This document shows positions 39,471 through 49,653 of a DNA stretch of 64,000 bases, piece by piece. The DNA lies in NCBI GenBank assembly GCA_034189385.1, contig JAXHVD010000007.1, positions 32,001-96,000 of the forward strand, given 5' to 3'. The DNA is from Thermodesulfobacteriota bacterium (lineage in GTDB: Bacteria; Desulfobacterota; Desulfobacteria; Desulfobacterales; C00003060). The notes under the pieces were generated by a model. It was not told the DNA's origin and searched no databases. It saw only the letters and a program-made list of their open reading frames with translations. The translations under genes were made by a program, and so were the position numbers. The stretch's first letter is position 1. Each line of letters opens with the position of its first letter.

Positions 39471-42131
39471 ATGAGTAGCAGAATGAGAAGGGATTGTCGT
39501 CGAGGATCAAGTGGCCGCAGCAGAGTTTTTCTGCTGTGGGTTGTGATGTTGACCTTGCTGTTGCTCTGTCCGGTGAGGGGTGAAGCCGGCTTCCATTTCG
39601 TGAAGATTGCCGATTACGACACCAAAATCCCAGACGCTCTCGGCTGGTTCCCTTATTTTCGGGAATTAGATATTCCCGTCGTGGACGGCGTCAATGTGGC
39701 TTTTCTTGGAGCAAGCGCAACCGATAATACAGGCTACGCTTGGATCGGCGTCCTTCTATACGATGGGGACCTAGAGGTCATGGCCAACCAGGACACATCA
39801 ATTCCTCCTGTTGGCGAGTACAGCCTCAAGTTCAGCAAATTTTTCTCTCCTTCCATTGATGGTTCCAATGTGGCCTTTGTTGGTGTTGGTCCTGACTTAT
39901 ACAAGGTAGGTGTCTACGTCAATGCTGGAGACACACTGTGGAAGGTTGCCGACGCGGACACGGACATCCCTGCCTATCCAGGTAAGTTCAACTACCTGCT
40001 TTATGCTTTCCCCTCTGCCGACAATAATAACGTCGCATTTGTTGGCGCCAATGTAAACTACTCAGGGGAATCACTCACCATTAACGAGATAGGCGTCTGC
40101 GTATCAGGTAACCTCTCCAGCGGGCCTAGCTCGCCAGGAATCGCGGTAAATACTAGCGATTCTATCCCAAATAGCGGGATCCCCAATATAAACTTCAGTT
40201 TTTTCAAATATCCTTCCCTAAATGGCGACAGCGTGGCGTTCGTGGGTGCAGGTGGTACAGAAACCCCGATTATCATGGGTGTCTACACCGCGCCTCTTAT
40301 TACAGGGCCCATCCTGAAGGTGGCGGATACGACGACTGAAATCCCTGGTGAACAGGGGCTCATATTCGCCCGTTTTCCGGGTTCGCCTTCCTACTCCGGT
40401 AATTACGTGGCCTTCCTCGGCTGCAGTAGGCCTGAGTGTGACAGCCTAAAAGGTATCTACACAGCGGGCTACGACGGCTCGAACCGGGCGAAAGTGGCCG
40501 ACACGAATACCGTTGTACCAGGTGGAGGAGGTACTAAGTTCACTGACCTTGATAGTCCTTCCCTGGACTACAGTCCTATCCTGCACGAATACAAACTGGC
40601 GTTTCTCGGCAAATCTGATGTGGAAACAGGCATCTACCTCTACGATTTCACCGACAGCTCCCTGACAACGATAGTCAAGACAGGAGATAAAGTGGGCGGA
40701 AAAACGGTGAGCGAGCTAGGTTTTGGGGCAGAGGGGCTGAGCGGACCGGTCATCGGCTTCCATGTCAGTTTCACCGACGGTACTGAAGGTATATACCAGG
40801 CTGGGGAGCTTGTCCCTTGGGGATCTGGTGGGGGACCTCCTTTGGGTTCAACGCAGTCGGCTCCTTTACGCTGCACCCTGTGTGCCGAGAATATGGGGCC
40901 CCGCGACCCGTACCTATTCAGTATCGCCCTTGGCAAATCCGGCCTTGGCATTGATGAGCCCCTGTGGATCGACCCGGACTACGCCATTGGCTACGACTAC
41001 GCCGTTGAGGGGTCAGACTTCGCCTCGGTCACCCCACCAGTCGACATTGACCCAGATAATACCTTTGATCTGTTTCTTTTTGACAGCGGCTCAGGGGATT
41101 TTGTTGACACCGGCCATGACCTCACAGGGGGGGCGACTTTCAGTTTTTCCGATAACGGATTCAACGATGTCAATAAGTTCAGCATTCGGGGCATCTCAAT
41201 GGCACCCAATCTAAGTACTGACGACCCCAATTTTCCTCACCTGTTTCCCGTGGGAGTCACATTTACAGATCCCAACACAATGGTAGAAATCATCGTCACA
41301 CCGGTAGTGGCATCTGGAGACTTCGCCATCGACATCAAACCGGGAAGCTGGCCTAACTGTATCAATCCCAACAGCGGAGGAGTGGTTTCGGTGGCCATCC
41401 TTGGAAACGATTTGATGGATGTAAACGACATAGATCCTGCGACCGTCACGTTGGAAGGTGTTTTACCTTTGAGATGGGTTATAGAAGACGTAGACAATGA
41501 CGGTTTCAACGACCTCGTCTTCAAGTTTAAGAAGAAAGAGCTGGCTGATAAGGGAGTGCTAACTGATGGGGGCAGCTTGACCCTGGAGGGACAGCTCGCT
41601 GATGGGACTGAAATCAGCGGCTCAGATACAGTCTTTATTCCCTGGATGAAGGTCTGCTCAGCGCCGAGGGAGGCCTCCCTTACACGCGGTTGGGATGACT
41701 TCTCCCATCCCCTGACAACGGGCACCGTCTGCTGGGCGTATTCCTTTGATGGCGCCACGGCGACAGTAACATTGGACCTGGCGGGAGCCAAGCCCGATTA
41801 TCAATACCGCGTGGGGCTCTATATTTTCAATGAGGACGACCTGGTTGCCTGTCCGGATGTCAGTGGCCCGGGAATACTCGGTCCGGTCCCTGGTGTTGAG
41901 AAGGAAGGGAACACCGCCTGTGTTGCCGGTATGGAAATAGGCACTTTGACTACCGATGCTTTGGGAAACGGAATGGCCACTTCTGAGGTCTCTCTTCCCT
42001 CCGGTGAATATTCGGTCCAATTGACAGTGCACGGGGATGAGAATTGCCCACGATCGGATCCTTTGTGCAATGTGGTCTATAGAACGGGCAATGCCTACGC
42101 TGATGGCTTTGAACGCCTGATCTTTCCGTAG
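39471..42131 (+). CDS. Secreted multi-domain protein: beta-propeller repeats, WIDPDYAIGYDY domain, IDIKPG domain, C-terminal Cys-containing domain
   Basis: RBS AGGAGG; signal peptide; about 6 repeats (K)VADT.T.IP..F..PS....VAF.G; IDIKPGSWPNCINP..VAILG..DVDNDG..DLVFKF. Confidence 0.75.
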   Translation: MSSRMRRDCRRGSSGRSRVFLLWVVMLTLLLLCPVRGEAGFHFVKIADYDTKIPDALGWFPYFRELDIPVVDGVNVAFLGASATDNTGYAWIGVLLYDGDLEVMANQDTSIPPVGEYSLKFSKFFSPSIDGSNVAFVGVGPDLYKVGVYVNAGDTLWKVADADTDIPAYPGKFNYLLYAFPSADNNNVAFVGANVNYSGESLTINEIGVCVSGNLSSGPSSPGIAVNTSDSIPNSGIPNINFSFFKYPSLNGDSVAFVGAGGTETPIIMGVYTAPLITGPILKVADTTTEIPGEQGLIFARFPGSPSYSGNYVAFLGCSRPECDSLKGIYTAGYDGSNRAKVADTNTVVPGGGGTKFTDLDSPSLDYSPILHEYKLAFLGKSDVETGIYLYDFTDSSLTTIVKTGDKVGGKTVSELGFGAEGLSGPVIGFHVSFTDGTEGIYQAGELVPWGSGGGPPLGSTQSAPLRCTLCAENMGPRDPYLFSIALGKSGLGIDEPLWIDPDYAIGYDYAVEGSDFASVTPPVDIDPDNTFDLFLFDSGSGDFVDTGHDLTGGATFSFSDNGFNDVNKFSIRGISMAPNLSTDDPNFPHLFPVGVTFTDPNTMVEIIVTPVVASGDFAIDIKPGSWPNCINPNSGGVVSVAILGNDLMDVNDIDPATVTLEGVLPLRWVIEDVDNDGFNDLVFKFKKKELADKGVLTDGGSLTLEGQLADGTEISGSDTVFIPWMKVCSAPREASLTRGWDDFSHPLTTGTVCWAYSFDGATATVTLDLAGAKPDYQYRVGLYIFNEDDLVACPDVSGPGILGPVPGVEKEGNTACVAGMEIGTLTTDALGNGMATSEVSLPSGEYSVQLTVHGDENCPRSDPLCNVVYRTGNAYADGFERLIFP

Positions 42132-42164
42132 TATTTGGAAAGAAGAAGTATTTCGTTCGGTACT

Positions 42165-42229
42165 CTGGCGTCCCCTGGTGTCATTTCGGCAGGAAATCAA
42201 AAACCTGCCCATCTACCTGGGGACGCCAG
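42165..42229. repeat. Nested inverted repeat (structured intergenic element)
   Basis: CTGGCGTCCCC (42165-42175) pairs with GGGGACGCCAG (42219-42229); inner GGCAGG/CCTGCC stem. Confidence 0.6.
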
Positions 42230-42777
42230 GTTGCTGTCTCCTATCTGTCCGCTTCCTTGACAAACTTCCGGGTAGTCCCACAACCATGACCCACCCCGTC
42301 ATGAAATGCCTTCTTTCCCTTTCCAAGCGTCGGAATCAGCAACCATATGTAACATGAGAAGTCTTTGTTAGCCCGTTGCCCGCGAAACCGGGATACTGGT
42401 AGTACAACTCCCACGTTATTGTAATACCAAACTGTACTTGGGGGAACATCTCTTCCATAGGAATTCGCACCTCTCCATCCAGCATGTGCTGGGGTTGCTG
42501 TATATCGGCTGTAATTAGCTGATCTTCCAGCGAATAAATTTGTCTCACCACCAGCTCTATTCCTTGTCAGCTGGCACACATGTTGCTCTCTGGTGGAAAT
42601 GGTCCTTTGGGATGTCGAAAGGATGATTCAACCTTCAAAGAAGAGCAAGTCGCTCCAACGGCTTGAACGCCAATCCAAAGTCCAAAGTTGTAAGAACAGG
42701 GGAGCGGGGGCGCGGCGGATGCGGCGCCTGCTATACGCTGCATTTGGAACGGCTCAGGGAGCAATGGAGGTGCTGGA

Positions 42778-44526
42778 ATGTCAAGGTTTTCCGAACTCAA
42801 CAGGTTTTTTCTTTTCTTACATATCTTGTCCTTAACGTTAATTCTGATTCCTAGATTAGTCTATTCCGCTGTAATCACTTTAGAATGGTGCCCCAACAGC
42901 GAACCGGATCTTGCCGGTTATGTCGTATACTATGGAGCATCTAGTAGGGATTACTCATCAACTGTTGATGTGGGCAACTATGCAAGTTGCGCTGTCTCGG
43001 ATTCAGGCTTTCAGGAGGGCCAGACCTATTACTTTGCTGTCACTGCTTATGACGAAAGCGGCAATGAAAGCAGTTTTTCTGAAGAGGTGACACACACTTT
43101 CTTACCAGCCGACACGGACGGAGACGGAATATCAGATTATGATGAAATAAATGAGTATGGTACCGATCCGTATAAGGTGGATACGGACGGAGACGGGCTT
43201 AACGACGGCGACGAGTTGGCTTATTGGGGTGAGGATTGGTATGTCGATTATGATGCTGACGGTTTGACAAATCTCTTGGACATGGATTCAGACGGAGACG
43301 GATTTTCAGACGGTGAAGAGCGCGTCAAAGGCACTGATCCCGCCGATTCCGCTTCTACTCCACCTGAGGCAACTTGGACGGACTATCGGGCCATGTTGAC
43401 AATGCGCTCTAATGACGATGATGCCATTGGGATCATGTTCCGGTACCAGGATGCCGATAACTACTACCGTTTCTCCTGGGATAAGCAGCGTGATTACCGA
43501 CGTCTGGTCAAGTGTGAAAACGGTGTCTTCACCTTACTAGCCGAGGACAGTGTGTGGTACGTGCCAGGACAAAGCTACGATGTAGAGATCGTTACCGAGG
43601 GTACTTGCCTGGAGGTCTTGATTGACGGCTCCCTGATCTTCTCGGTGACGGACGAGAGTTTTCCCAGTGGCACGATTGCCCTGTACTCTTGGTACAACCG
43701 TGGAAGTGTCTTTGATGATGTGCTGGTGGAGGATCTATCCACGGGCACTGTGTTGTTGTCTGAAGATTTCAATGATGGTGACTACACCGGCTGGACTGTG
43801 GTGGATGAGGGTACTGTAAGAAGGCCTTCCGCTTGGTCAGCACAAACGGGAGCACTCGTGCAAAGCTCCAGCATCTACTCCAAGCCGACTGATCGGGACG
43901 ACCTTGCCAAGCTGGGCACCTTCGCTCTGTATGAGGGGGCCACCAACCCACCCATGGCAAATTGGACGGACTATCGGGCCACGTTGACAATGCGCTCTGA
44001 CGACGACGATGCTATTGGGATCATGTTTCGGTATCAGGATGCCGACAACTACTACCGTTTCTCATGGGATAGGCAGCGTGATTACCGACGTCTGGTGAAG
44101 TGTGAAAACGGTGTCTTCACCTTACTAGCCGAGGACAGTGTGTACTACGTTCCAGGGCAGACCTACGATGTAGAGCTCGTTACCGAGGGTACTTGCCTGG
44201 AGGTCTTGATTGACGGCTCTCTGATCTTCTCAGTGACGGACGAGAGTTTTTCCGGCGGCACGATTGCCCTTTACTCTTGGTATAACCGTGGCAGTGTCTT
44301 TGATGATGTGCTGGTGAAGGATCTTTCTACAGGCACTGTGTTGTTGTCTGAAGATTTCAATGATGGTGACTACACCGGCTGGACTGTGGTGGATGAGGGT
44401 ACTGTTAGGGGGCCGTCGGCATGGTCAGCACAAACCGGAGCACTCGTACAAAGCTCCAGCATCTACTCCAAGCCAACTGATCGGGACGACCTCGCCAAGC
44501 TGGGCACCTTCGCCCTGTATGAATAG
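42778..44526 (+). CDS. Secreted protein: FN3 domain, DxDGDG Ca-binding (TSP3-like) repeats and two thrombospondin-C/lectin-like units
   Basis: RBS GGAGG; LEW..DLAGY.VYYG..YYFAVTAYD..NES.FS (FN3); DTDGDG repeats; DDDAIGIMFRYQD.DNYYRFSW twice. Confidence 0.85.
   Translation: MSRFSELNRFFLFLHILSLTLILIPRLVYSAVITLEWCPNSEPDLAGYVVYYGASSRDYSSTVDVGNYASCAVSDSGFQEGQTYYFAVTAYDESGNESSFSEEVTHTFLPADTDGDGISDYDEINEYGTDPYKVDTDGDGLNDGDELAYWGEDWYVDYDADGLTNLLDMDSDGDGFSDGEERVKGTDPADSASTPPEATWTDYRAMLTMRSNDDDAIGIMFRYQDADNYYRFSWDKQRDYRRLVKCENGVFTLLAEDSVWYVPGQSYDVEIVTEGTCLEVLIDGSLIFSVTDESFPSGTIALYSWYNRGSVFDDVLVEDLSTGTVLLSEDFNDGDYTGWTVVDEGTVRRPSAWSAQTGALVQSSSIYSKPTDRDDLAKLGTFALYEGATNPPMANWTDYRATLTMRSDDDDAIGIMFRYQDADNYYRFSWDRQRDYRRLVKCENGVFTLLAEDSVYYVPGQTYDVELVTEGTCLEVLIDGSLIFSVTDESFSGGTIALYSWYNRGSVFDDVLVKDLSTGTVLLSEDFNDGDYTGWTVVDEGTVRGPSAWSAQTGALVQSSSIYSKPTDRDDLAKLGTFALYE
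43375..44523 (+). repeat. Intragenic near-identical direct repeat (43375-43935 and 43963-44523, offset 588 nt)
   Basis: TGGACGGACTATCGGGCC..CTGTATGA present twice with mostly synonymous differences. Confidence 0.92.
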
Positions 44527-44634
44527 GCAATCTGCTTACACCTTTTGGACACTAGCAGCTACGGAACCAACTGTCCTTTCCACTAGCAGTGTTTCAACCC
44601 GTCATGGGTTTCTTTTTACGAGGAGGGTCACACT

Positions 44635-45126
44635 ATGGGGACAATGGAAGTGTATGTCAACTCAGAAGGCCGTGCAGTGATTGAGTGTCCTCACTGCAAA
44701 AATGCTAGAACCTTTCATGTGGACAAATTCAAAGAGGCGAAGAGAAAAGTCAAGGTAAGGTGCGGATGCCACACAGAATTTTACGTTTCCTTAGAATTCG
44801 GGAAAACCGTGTACAAAGAGGACGATATTCGGGGTTATTTTACGAAGTTTGACGACATCTCCGACTGGGAAAAGATGCTCATAACAGATCTCTCGGAAAC
44901 CGGTGTTGGGTTTGTAGCGCCCACTGGGCACCGCCTGAAGGGGGGCGACAAACTTAAGGTGAAATTCTGTTTATTAAATGGTCCCAGGCGCTCTTTAGTG
45001 GAGAAAGATGCAGTGGTGAGATGGGTCGCTGGTGGGAACACGGGCTGTCAGTTCAGCAAACCGCTCGGATGGGGAGATTCGCCCGATCATCCATTACATG
45101 CATATCTTGTGGCAAGCTCTCACTGA
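44635..45126 (+). CDS. Zinc-ribbon plus PilZ-domain protein
   Basis: CPHC..CGC N-terminus; DLSETGVGF, VVRWV, GCQF (PilZ-like). Confidence 0.8.
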   Translation: MGTMEVYVNSEGRAVIECPHCKNARTFHVDKFKEAKRKVKVRCGCHTEFYVSLEFGKTVYKEDDIRGYFTKFDDISDWEKMLITDLSETGVGFVAPTGHRLKGGDKLKVKFCLLNGPRRSLVEKDAVVRWVAGGNTGCQFSKPLGWGDSPDHPLHAYLVASSH

Positions 45127-45158
45127 GCACACACAGGGAGCCAAGACGAGGGGGGAGT

Positions 45159-46285
45159 ACGAAAAGGCCGGTGTTGATCGCGATATGCTTGATGCTGAGC
45201 AGCGCAAAAGGCTTTGCGGATTGGCATCCTGGTAATCCCTATGCGATGCATTCGCCACAGTTGCCGAATTCGTCTGGTTGGGCGGTTGCGCCAATGTACT
45301 GCTATGTAGGAGATGATTGGGTGTGCATAGAGACTGGCCCGGTCACTCAGATTCACTTTTGGGGGTCCTATAGATCAGATGTGGTGCCCCCCCCTGTAAC
45401 GTTTGCTATAAACATATACAATGAGGACCCAAGCGGGGCTTGACAACCAGGAGATCTTGTGTGGAGCCACATTTTTTCTCCAGAACAATATGCTGAGCGC
45501 CTTTGGCTTGAAAGTGACCAGAAGCAGGACTTCTACTTGCCCAACTGGTACAGCCTTTTTCCGGAAGACCACTGCAGGATTTATCAGTATAACATCGAAA
45601 TTCCCGTGGAAGAGACATTTGTGCAGCTACGGTCCCATTTGAAGAAGCTTTTGAGTCCTATAGGTTGCCCATTACCAACGGCACGGTAGTCATTTATTTG
45701 GGTAGGGAGCCTGTCTTCATTGAAGAATGCGGGGGATGTATTTGTGACCTAAACAACGACGGTCTATGCGATGAGCAAGACTTTATTCTGTTCGGAGCAA
45801 GTCACGGTTGGGGTGATTGGGACTGCAATGAACCTGATGTCGACTGCATATGCGACTTCGTTAAGGACAACAACGGTACATGCGATGATCTGGATGGGGC
45901 TCTCTTCCGAGAGGCATACTCCAGGCCTGAATGCCGACTTGGCGTTTACATTGAAAAACTAAAACCCAAACCATGTGAGCCTGGCGATAAAATCCGTATT
46001 ATTGGAAGGGGGTTTGGAAGCGGTATCTCGGGAGAAGGAACGCCGGCTGAGACCAAGAGCATCGTCCATGTGAGCGGGAGACAATTCGAATATGGCCATC
46101 GGAAAATCAAGCTATGGACTGAAAACAAAATCAAGGTGAAGATCCCGGAAGACAAGTATACGAAGAACGCATGGGCATGGTTCAATGGGGTGGGCTTCCG
46201 CAAAGTGAAGGTATGGGTCACCGTCGGCGGGCTGAACAGTAATAAGGAGACTCTTAAAATAATCAAGCCTCAGACCAGTCCGTAG
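45159..46285 (+). pseudogene. Frameshifted secreted protein (PQLP..DDW.C..GPVT.IHFWGS domain, dockerin-like EF-hand pair, IPT domain)
   Basis: Coding signal moves across three ORF segments (45159-45443, about 45459-45650, 45665-46285). Signal peptide KRPVLIAICLMLSSAKGFA starts at an ACG codon. The 3' ORF has CDLNNDGLCDEQDF..CDF..NNGTCDDLD and PGDKIRIIGRGFG. Confidence 0.7.
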
Positions 46286-46312
46286 TTTGCAGGCTCAGAC
46301 TTATCAAGTACG

Positions 46313-46341
46313 GGCAGGGGTGCACACCCTGCCTTTGTTTT
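46313..46341 (+). terminator. Rho-independent terminator
   Basis: GGCAGGG-loop-CCCTGCC followed by TTTGTTTT. Confidence 0.7.
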
Positions 46342-46584
46342 CTCTGCACCGCAGCATATTGTGGGAAGTTTGAACCGCCGCTCTCTTTCTTCGTGGAAGC
46401 TTTAGCAGACTTGAGAAGTAGGAACAGTCTTCATTTCTAAGAAGACAGGATTCTACTTCAGCACGCTTCAGGCACCTTAACGCCCTATCGTTGGCAGCAT
46501 CATAGGGCCAAGATCCCGTATCATTAGAAAGGCTGGAAACCAGATAGGAGGCTGTTGGGGCGTTAGCATTAACGGTTGCCTTGT

Positions 46585-48564
46585 CTACCAGATGTAGTCT
46601 TTGGCGGTGAGGCGTTTATCTTTGCCTGCCAGGATGTGGAGGGTGCGTATCTGTTTCAGCTTGATAGGTGAAAGCTGGCCGATAGGGATATAGACAATCT
46701 GTTTGCCCCACCGGGCTGCCACCTGTTTGACAAAGGACCTGGGTGGCGATTTGCTCACATAGACGACGTGCTTTTCCACGCTGTACTCCAAGCCGGCCAG
46801 AAGCAGGCGCTCTGCTTTTGTCCTGGCCCAGTGGTACTCAGGGTCTCCCCAAACGTCGGCAAGGCGAAGGGGTGGATAGGTCATGAGGGCGCCTCCGTAG
46901 GTGCACCTTGAGATTCCGGGGCCCACAATGTGATCGGCCGGGTCCGTGGCATAGAAGGCCATGTCTGATTCCTGGTCGTGTTCTCCCAGCCATGTCATGT
47001 GGTAGGGGTACTTATCCCCTGTGCTGTCCTCATCAAAGATGATGATCACAGAGCCTACGCCCCCCTTGATCCTCTTGAACTCTTTGACGTAGATACGGCC
47101 CTCGTGGATGTGGCGGGCCGTCTCCCGCATGTCTATTCCGTCCAGGATGGTGGTTTCAAAGGGGAGACTCACCGCGTCATCGGCAGACAATACGTGGGCC
47201 CCCTTGGTCTTTAGAAAATTGCCGTAGTCCTCAATGACCAGGTCTTCAGGGGGATAGGAACAGATGTAAGGGTCCTTAAAACCTTCAAGCCATTCTCCTG
47301 GCCTGCGTTCCTTGATTCGGCGCTTTTTGGGGATGTACACGGGTCGGCGCTTGATCCTGGGAAGCCTTCTTCGGATGTGGACTTTCCGCGTGCCCAGCCA
47401 CAGCATGTCTCCTTTCATGCGGATGGTGGCCGCCGAAGAGTGGGCCTTCTGCCACGGGTAAAAGGAGCCCAGACGCCAAAAGGCATAGCAGAAGTTATCA
47501 TCCACACACCCCTTGGCCGCAATGAGGAGCTGATAAAAATCGGCTAGGAGCCGATTTTCCATCAAGGCATAGTTTCTTGAAAAGCGAAAAAAGGCCCGTT
47601 TCTGCCAGGGGGTGACCTCCTCACCAGTGTCCTGGTGATAGTGACGGGCCGCTTGCTCAAAGAGGCGTAGACTGACGATCTGGCGGTCCACTGGGCCTGG
47701 TTTCATATGGTGCACGCTCCACCTGATGGATGCATCCAGGGCCTCCTCTTCAGAGCAGGTCTCTTTTCCTCCACTCATCAAGGTGAGCACGCCCATCTTC
47801 TTTCTGACCGTAAACTGAGAGAGTTGCGGCTCCGGCGGCAGGGCGTGCCTCCGGTATTCATAGGTGGCGGCCAAAAAGGGGAACTCCGTTGAGACCTCGG
47901 AAAGATCGTCAGGGTGAACATTAAAGAGGCTTACCCCCGTGCGTTTCAATCTTTCAAGGGGCTCGGCCTGGGGCCGAAAAAAGGCTTCTCTTACGCCTTG
48001 AAGATGGGCCAGGCCGCAGACAAAGAGGACCTTGTCGTGTTTGGCAGCGAGTTTTTGCAGCCGATAGGCCATTCCAGCCTCGCGCCTGAGGTCTGCAGGG
48101 CCCTTCTTTAGCCCGGCAACTGCCTGCCGGGCGTAAATCTCGTAAAAGGCTTGGATGCCCAATCGATGAGCTGCGTAGGTATCTGGTACGTAATCCCGGT
48201 AGGAAGGGTATTCGTCTAAATCCAGGTCCACGAAGTAAATGGGGATGCCGGCCTCCAGGCCAGATCGGATGGCCTCTGTGAGCGGGTCCGTGGGTTCGAT
48301 AGGAAGATAGATGCTTTGGTCTCTGCTGTTTTGGTAAAGGACTACTGATATCTCAGGGAGTCGGCGTACACCCTTTTCCACGACACCCTGAAGGGATTGG
48401 GGCAGTTCAACGGCAACGGCATCCGGTCTGATGTGCCGGAACATGTCCCGCAGGCCGTCGGCAAACTCCAGGCTGTAGTGGACCACCGGGGCAGGGTGGA
48501 TCGGACCGAAGGGTTCTAGCAATGAATGAGGCATGTCTGTCTGCAACCGTTCACTGTTTACCAT
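46585..48564 (-). CDS. Conserved hypothetical protein with TraB/ChaN-like N-terminal region, partner of the MoxR ATPase
   Basis: PVVH, RPDAVAVELP, RREAGMAYRL, VLFVCGLAH motifs; 659-aa ORF directly downstream of the AAA gene. Confidence 0.7.
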   Translation of the reverse strand: MVNSERLQTDMPHSLLEPFGPIHPAPVVHYSLEFADGLRDMFRHIRPDAVAVELPQSLQGVVEKGVRRLPEISVVLYQNSRDQSIYLPIEPTDPLTEAIRSGLEAGIPIYFVDLDLDEYPSYRDYVPDTYAAHRLGIQAFYEIYARQAVAGLKKGPADLRREAGMAYRLQKLAAKHDKVLFVCGLAHLQGVREAFFRPQAEPLERLKRTGVSLFNVHPDDLSEVSTEFPFLAATYEYRRHALPPEPQLSQFTVRKKMGVLTLMSGGKETCSEEEALDASIRWSVHHMKPGPVDRQIVSLRLFEQAARHYHQDTGEEVTPWQKRAFFRFSRNYALMENRLLADFYQLLIAAKGCVDDNFCYAFWRLGSFYPWQKAHSSAATIRMKGDMLWLGTRKVHIRRRLPRIKRRPVYIPKKRRIKERRPGEWLEGFKDPYICSYPPEDLVIEDYGNFLKTKGAHVLSADDAVSLPFETTILDGIDMRETARHIHEGRIYVKEFKRIKGGVGSVIIIFDEDSTGDKYPYHMTWLGEHDQESDMAFYATDPADHIVGPGISRCTYGGALMTYPPLRLADVWGDPEYHWARTKAERLLLAGLEYSVEKHVVYVSKSPPRSFVKQVAARWGKQIVYIPIGQLSPIKLKQIRTLHILAGKDKRLTAKDYIW

Positions 48565-48690
48565 GAACCTTTGTGAGCCCAGCAGCGACGGCTTCAGCTG
48601 TTGCTCAAACCAAAAAGGCTTGAACGTGTTTGGGGCTTTTCCGTCTGTTTCTACCGGTGAACGGACAACGGTACACGGTGAACCTTTACT

Positions 48691-49524
48691 CTATGTCTCG
48701 TACCGCAAGGCTTCATCACCCAGAACATTGACAATGCCGCAGTGAATGGCTTCTTTCTGGGTCATCCCTGTGGCCCGCATCATCTTGAGGGCGTATCTGG
48801 CCATATTGATGCCGTCGCGCACAGAATAGACCTCATCGGCCATGTGGGCACGCTGGAGAAAATCGACCATGTAGTTCAGGATGTCCTCATCGGCAAAGGG
48901 AAGGTTTTCTTTCAGGATCAGGAGTTCGTCCTCCCTGTCCGGAAAATCGACGAATATCTGAGGCTGGAGCCTGGAATGAATGTATTCAGGGATCTCATAA
49001 GTAGAGGCATCTTCGTTAATGGTGACCACAAACCGGAAGTGCGGGTGGGCCGATATGGTCAAACCGGTGATGATGGACTCCACATATCGTCGATCGTCCA
49101 GGAGCGGGGCAAGCGATGCCCACGATTTTTCGCTCATCCGGTTTCCCTCGTCCAGGATACAGACCCCGCCCCGTACCATGGCTGTGACCAGAGAACTGGC
49201 CGCGTACTTGACCTGGCCTTGCCCACCCATCACAGGGGTGATGATGAGGTCCTCGGGTCGGGTGTCCATGGTGGCCTGAAATAGATAGACGGGTCGATTC
49301 AACTGCTTGGCTGCAGCATACCCCAGGGTCGTTTTGCCTACCCCTGGTTTGCCTGAAAGGCGTGGGTTGAATGGCACGTCCTTTTCGTCGATGACCATCC
49401 ATGCGGCCAGTAGCTGCTTGATGAGTTCCTTTTGACCCACCCATTTCAAGGGCAGCTCCGCCGGTTGGGCCAGCATAACTTCCAATGACCCCATGGTCAC
49501 GCTTTCGCTTGTTTTAGATTTCAT
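48691..49524 (-). CDS. MoxR/CbbQ-like AAA+ ATPase
   Basis: GKPGVGKT, ILDEGNR, HPHFRFVVTIN, SRL, SVRD. Confidence 0.9.
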   Translation of the reverse strand: MKSKTSESVTMGSLEVMLAQPAELPLKWVGQKELIKQLLAAWMVIDEKDVPFNPRLSGKPGVGKTTLGYAAAKQLNRPVYLFQATMDTRPEDLIITPVMGGQGQVKYAASSLVTAMVRGGVCILDEGNRMSEKSWASLAPLLDDRRYVESIITGLTISAHPHFRFVVTINEDASTYEIPEYIHSRLQPQIFVDFPDREDELLILKENLPFADEDILNYMVDFLQRAHMADEVYSVRDGINMARYALKMMRATGMTQKEAIHCGIVNVLGDEALRYET

Positions 49525-49653
49525 GGTTTTTGCCTCTCATTGAAGGTGCCTCTTCACACACCCATTAGGGGCTAAACTTAAGACAGTATCTGCCTGTTGT
49601 CAATTATGCCGGCCCGTCCGCCTGATGGGGTGATTGAAGTGTTCCTGGCGTGG

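Noticed and set aside
42219..42228. GGGGACGCCA resembling a tRNA-Glu 3' end or att site
   Set aside because: No T-loop or cloverleaf upstream; explained as one arm of an inverted repeat.
42241..42770. Minus-strand ORFs of 71-112 aa
   Set aside because: No recognisable family; a gene remnant cannot be excluded but is unsupported.
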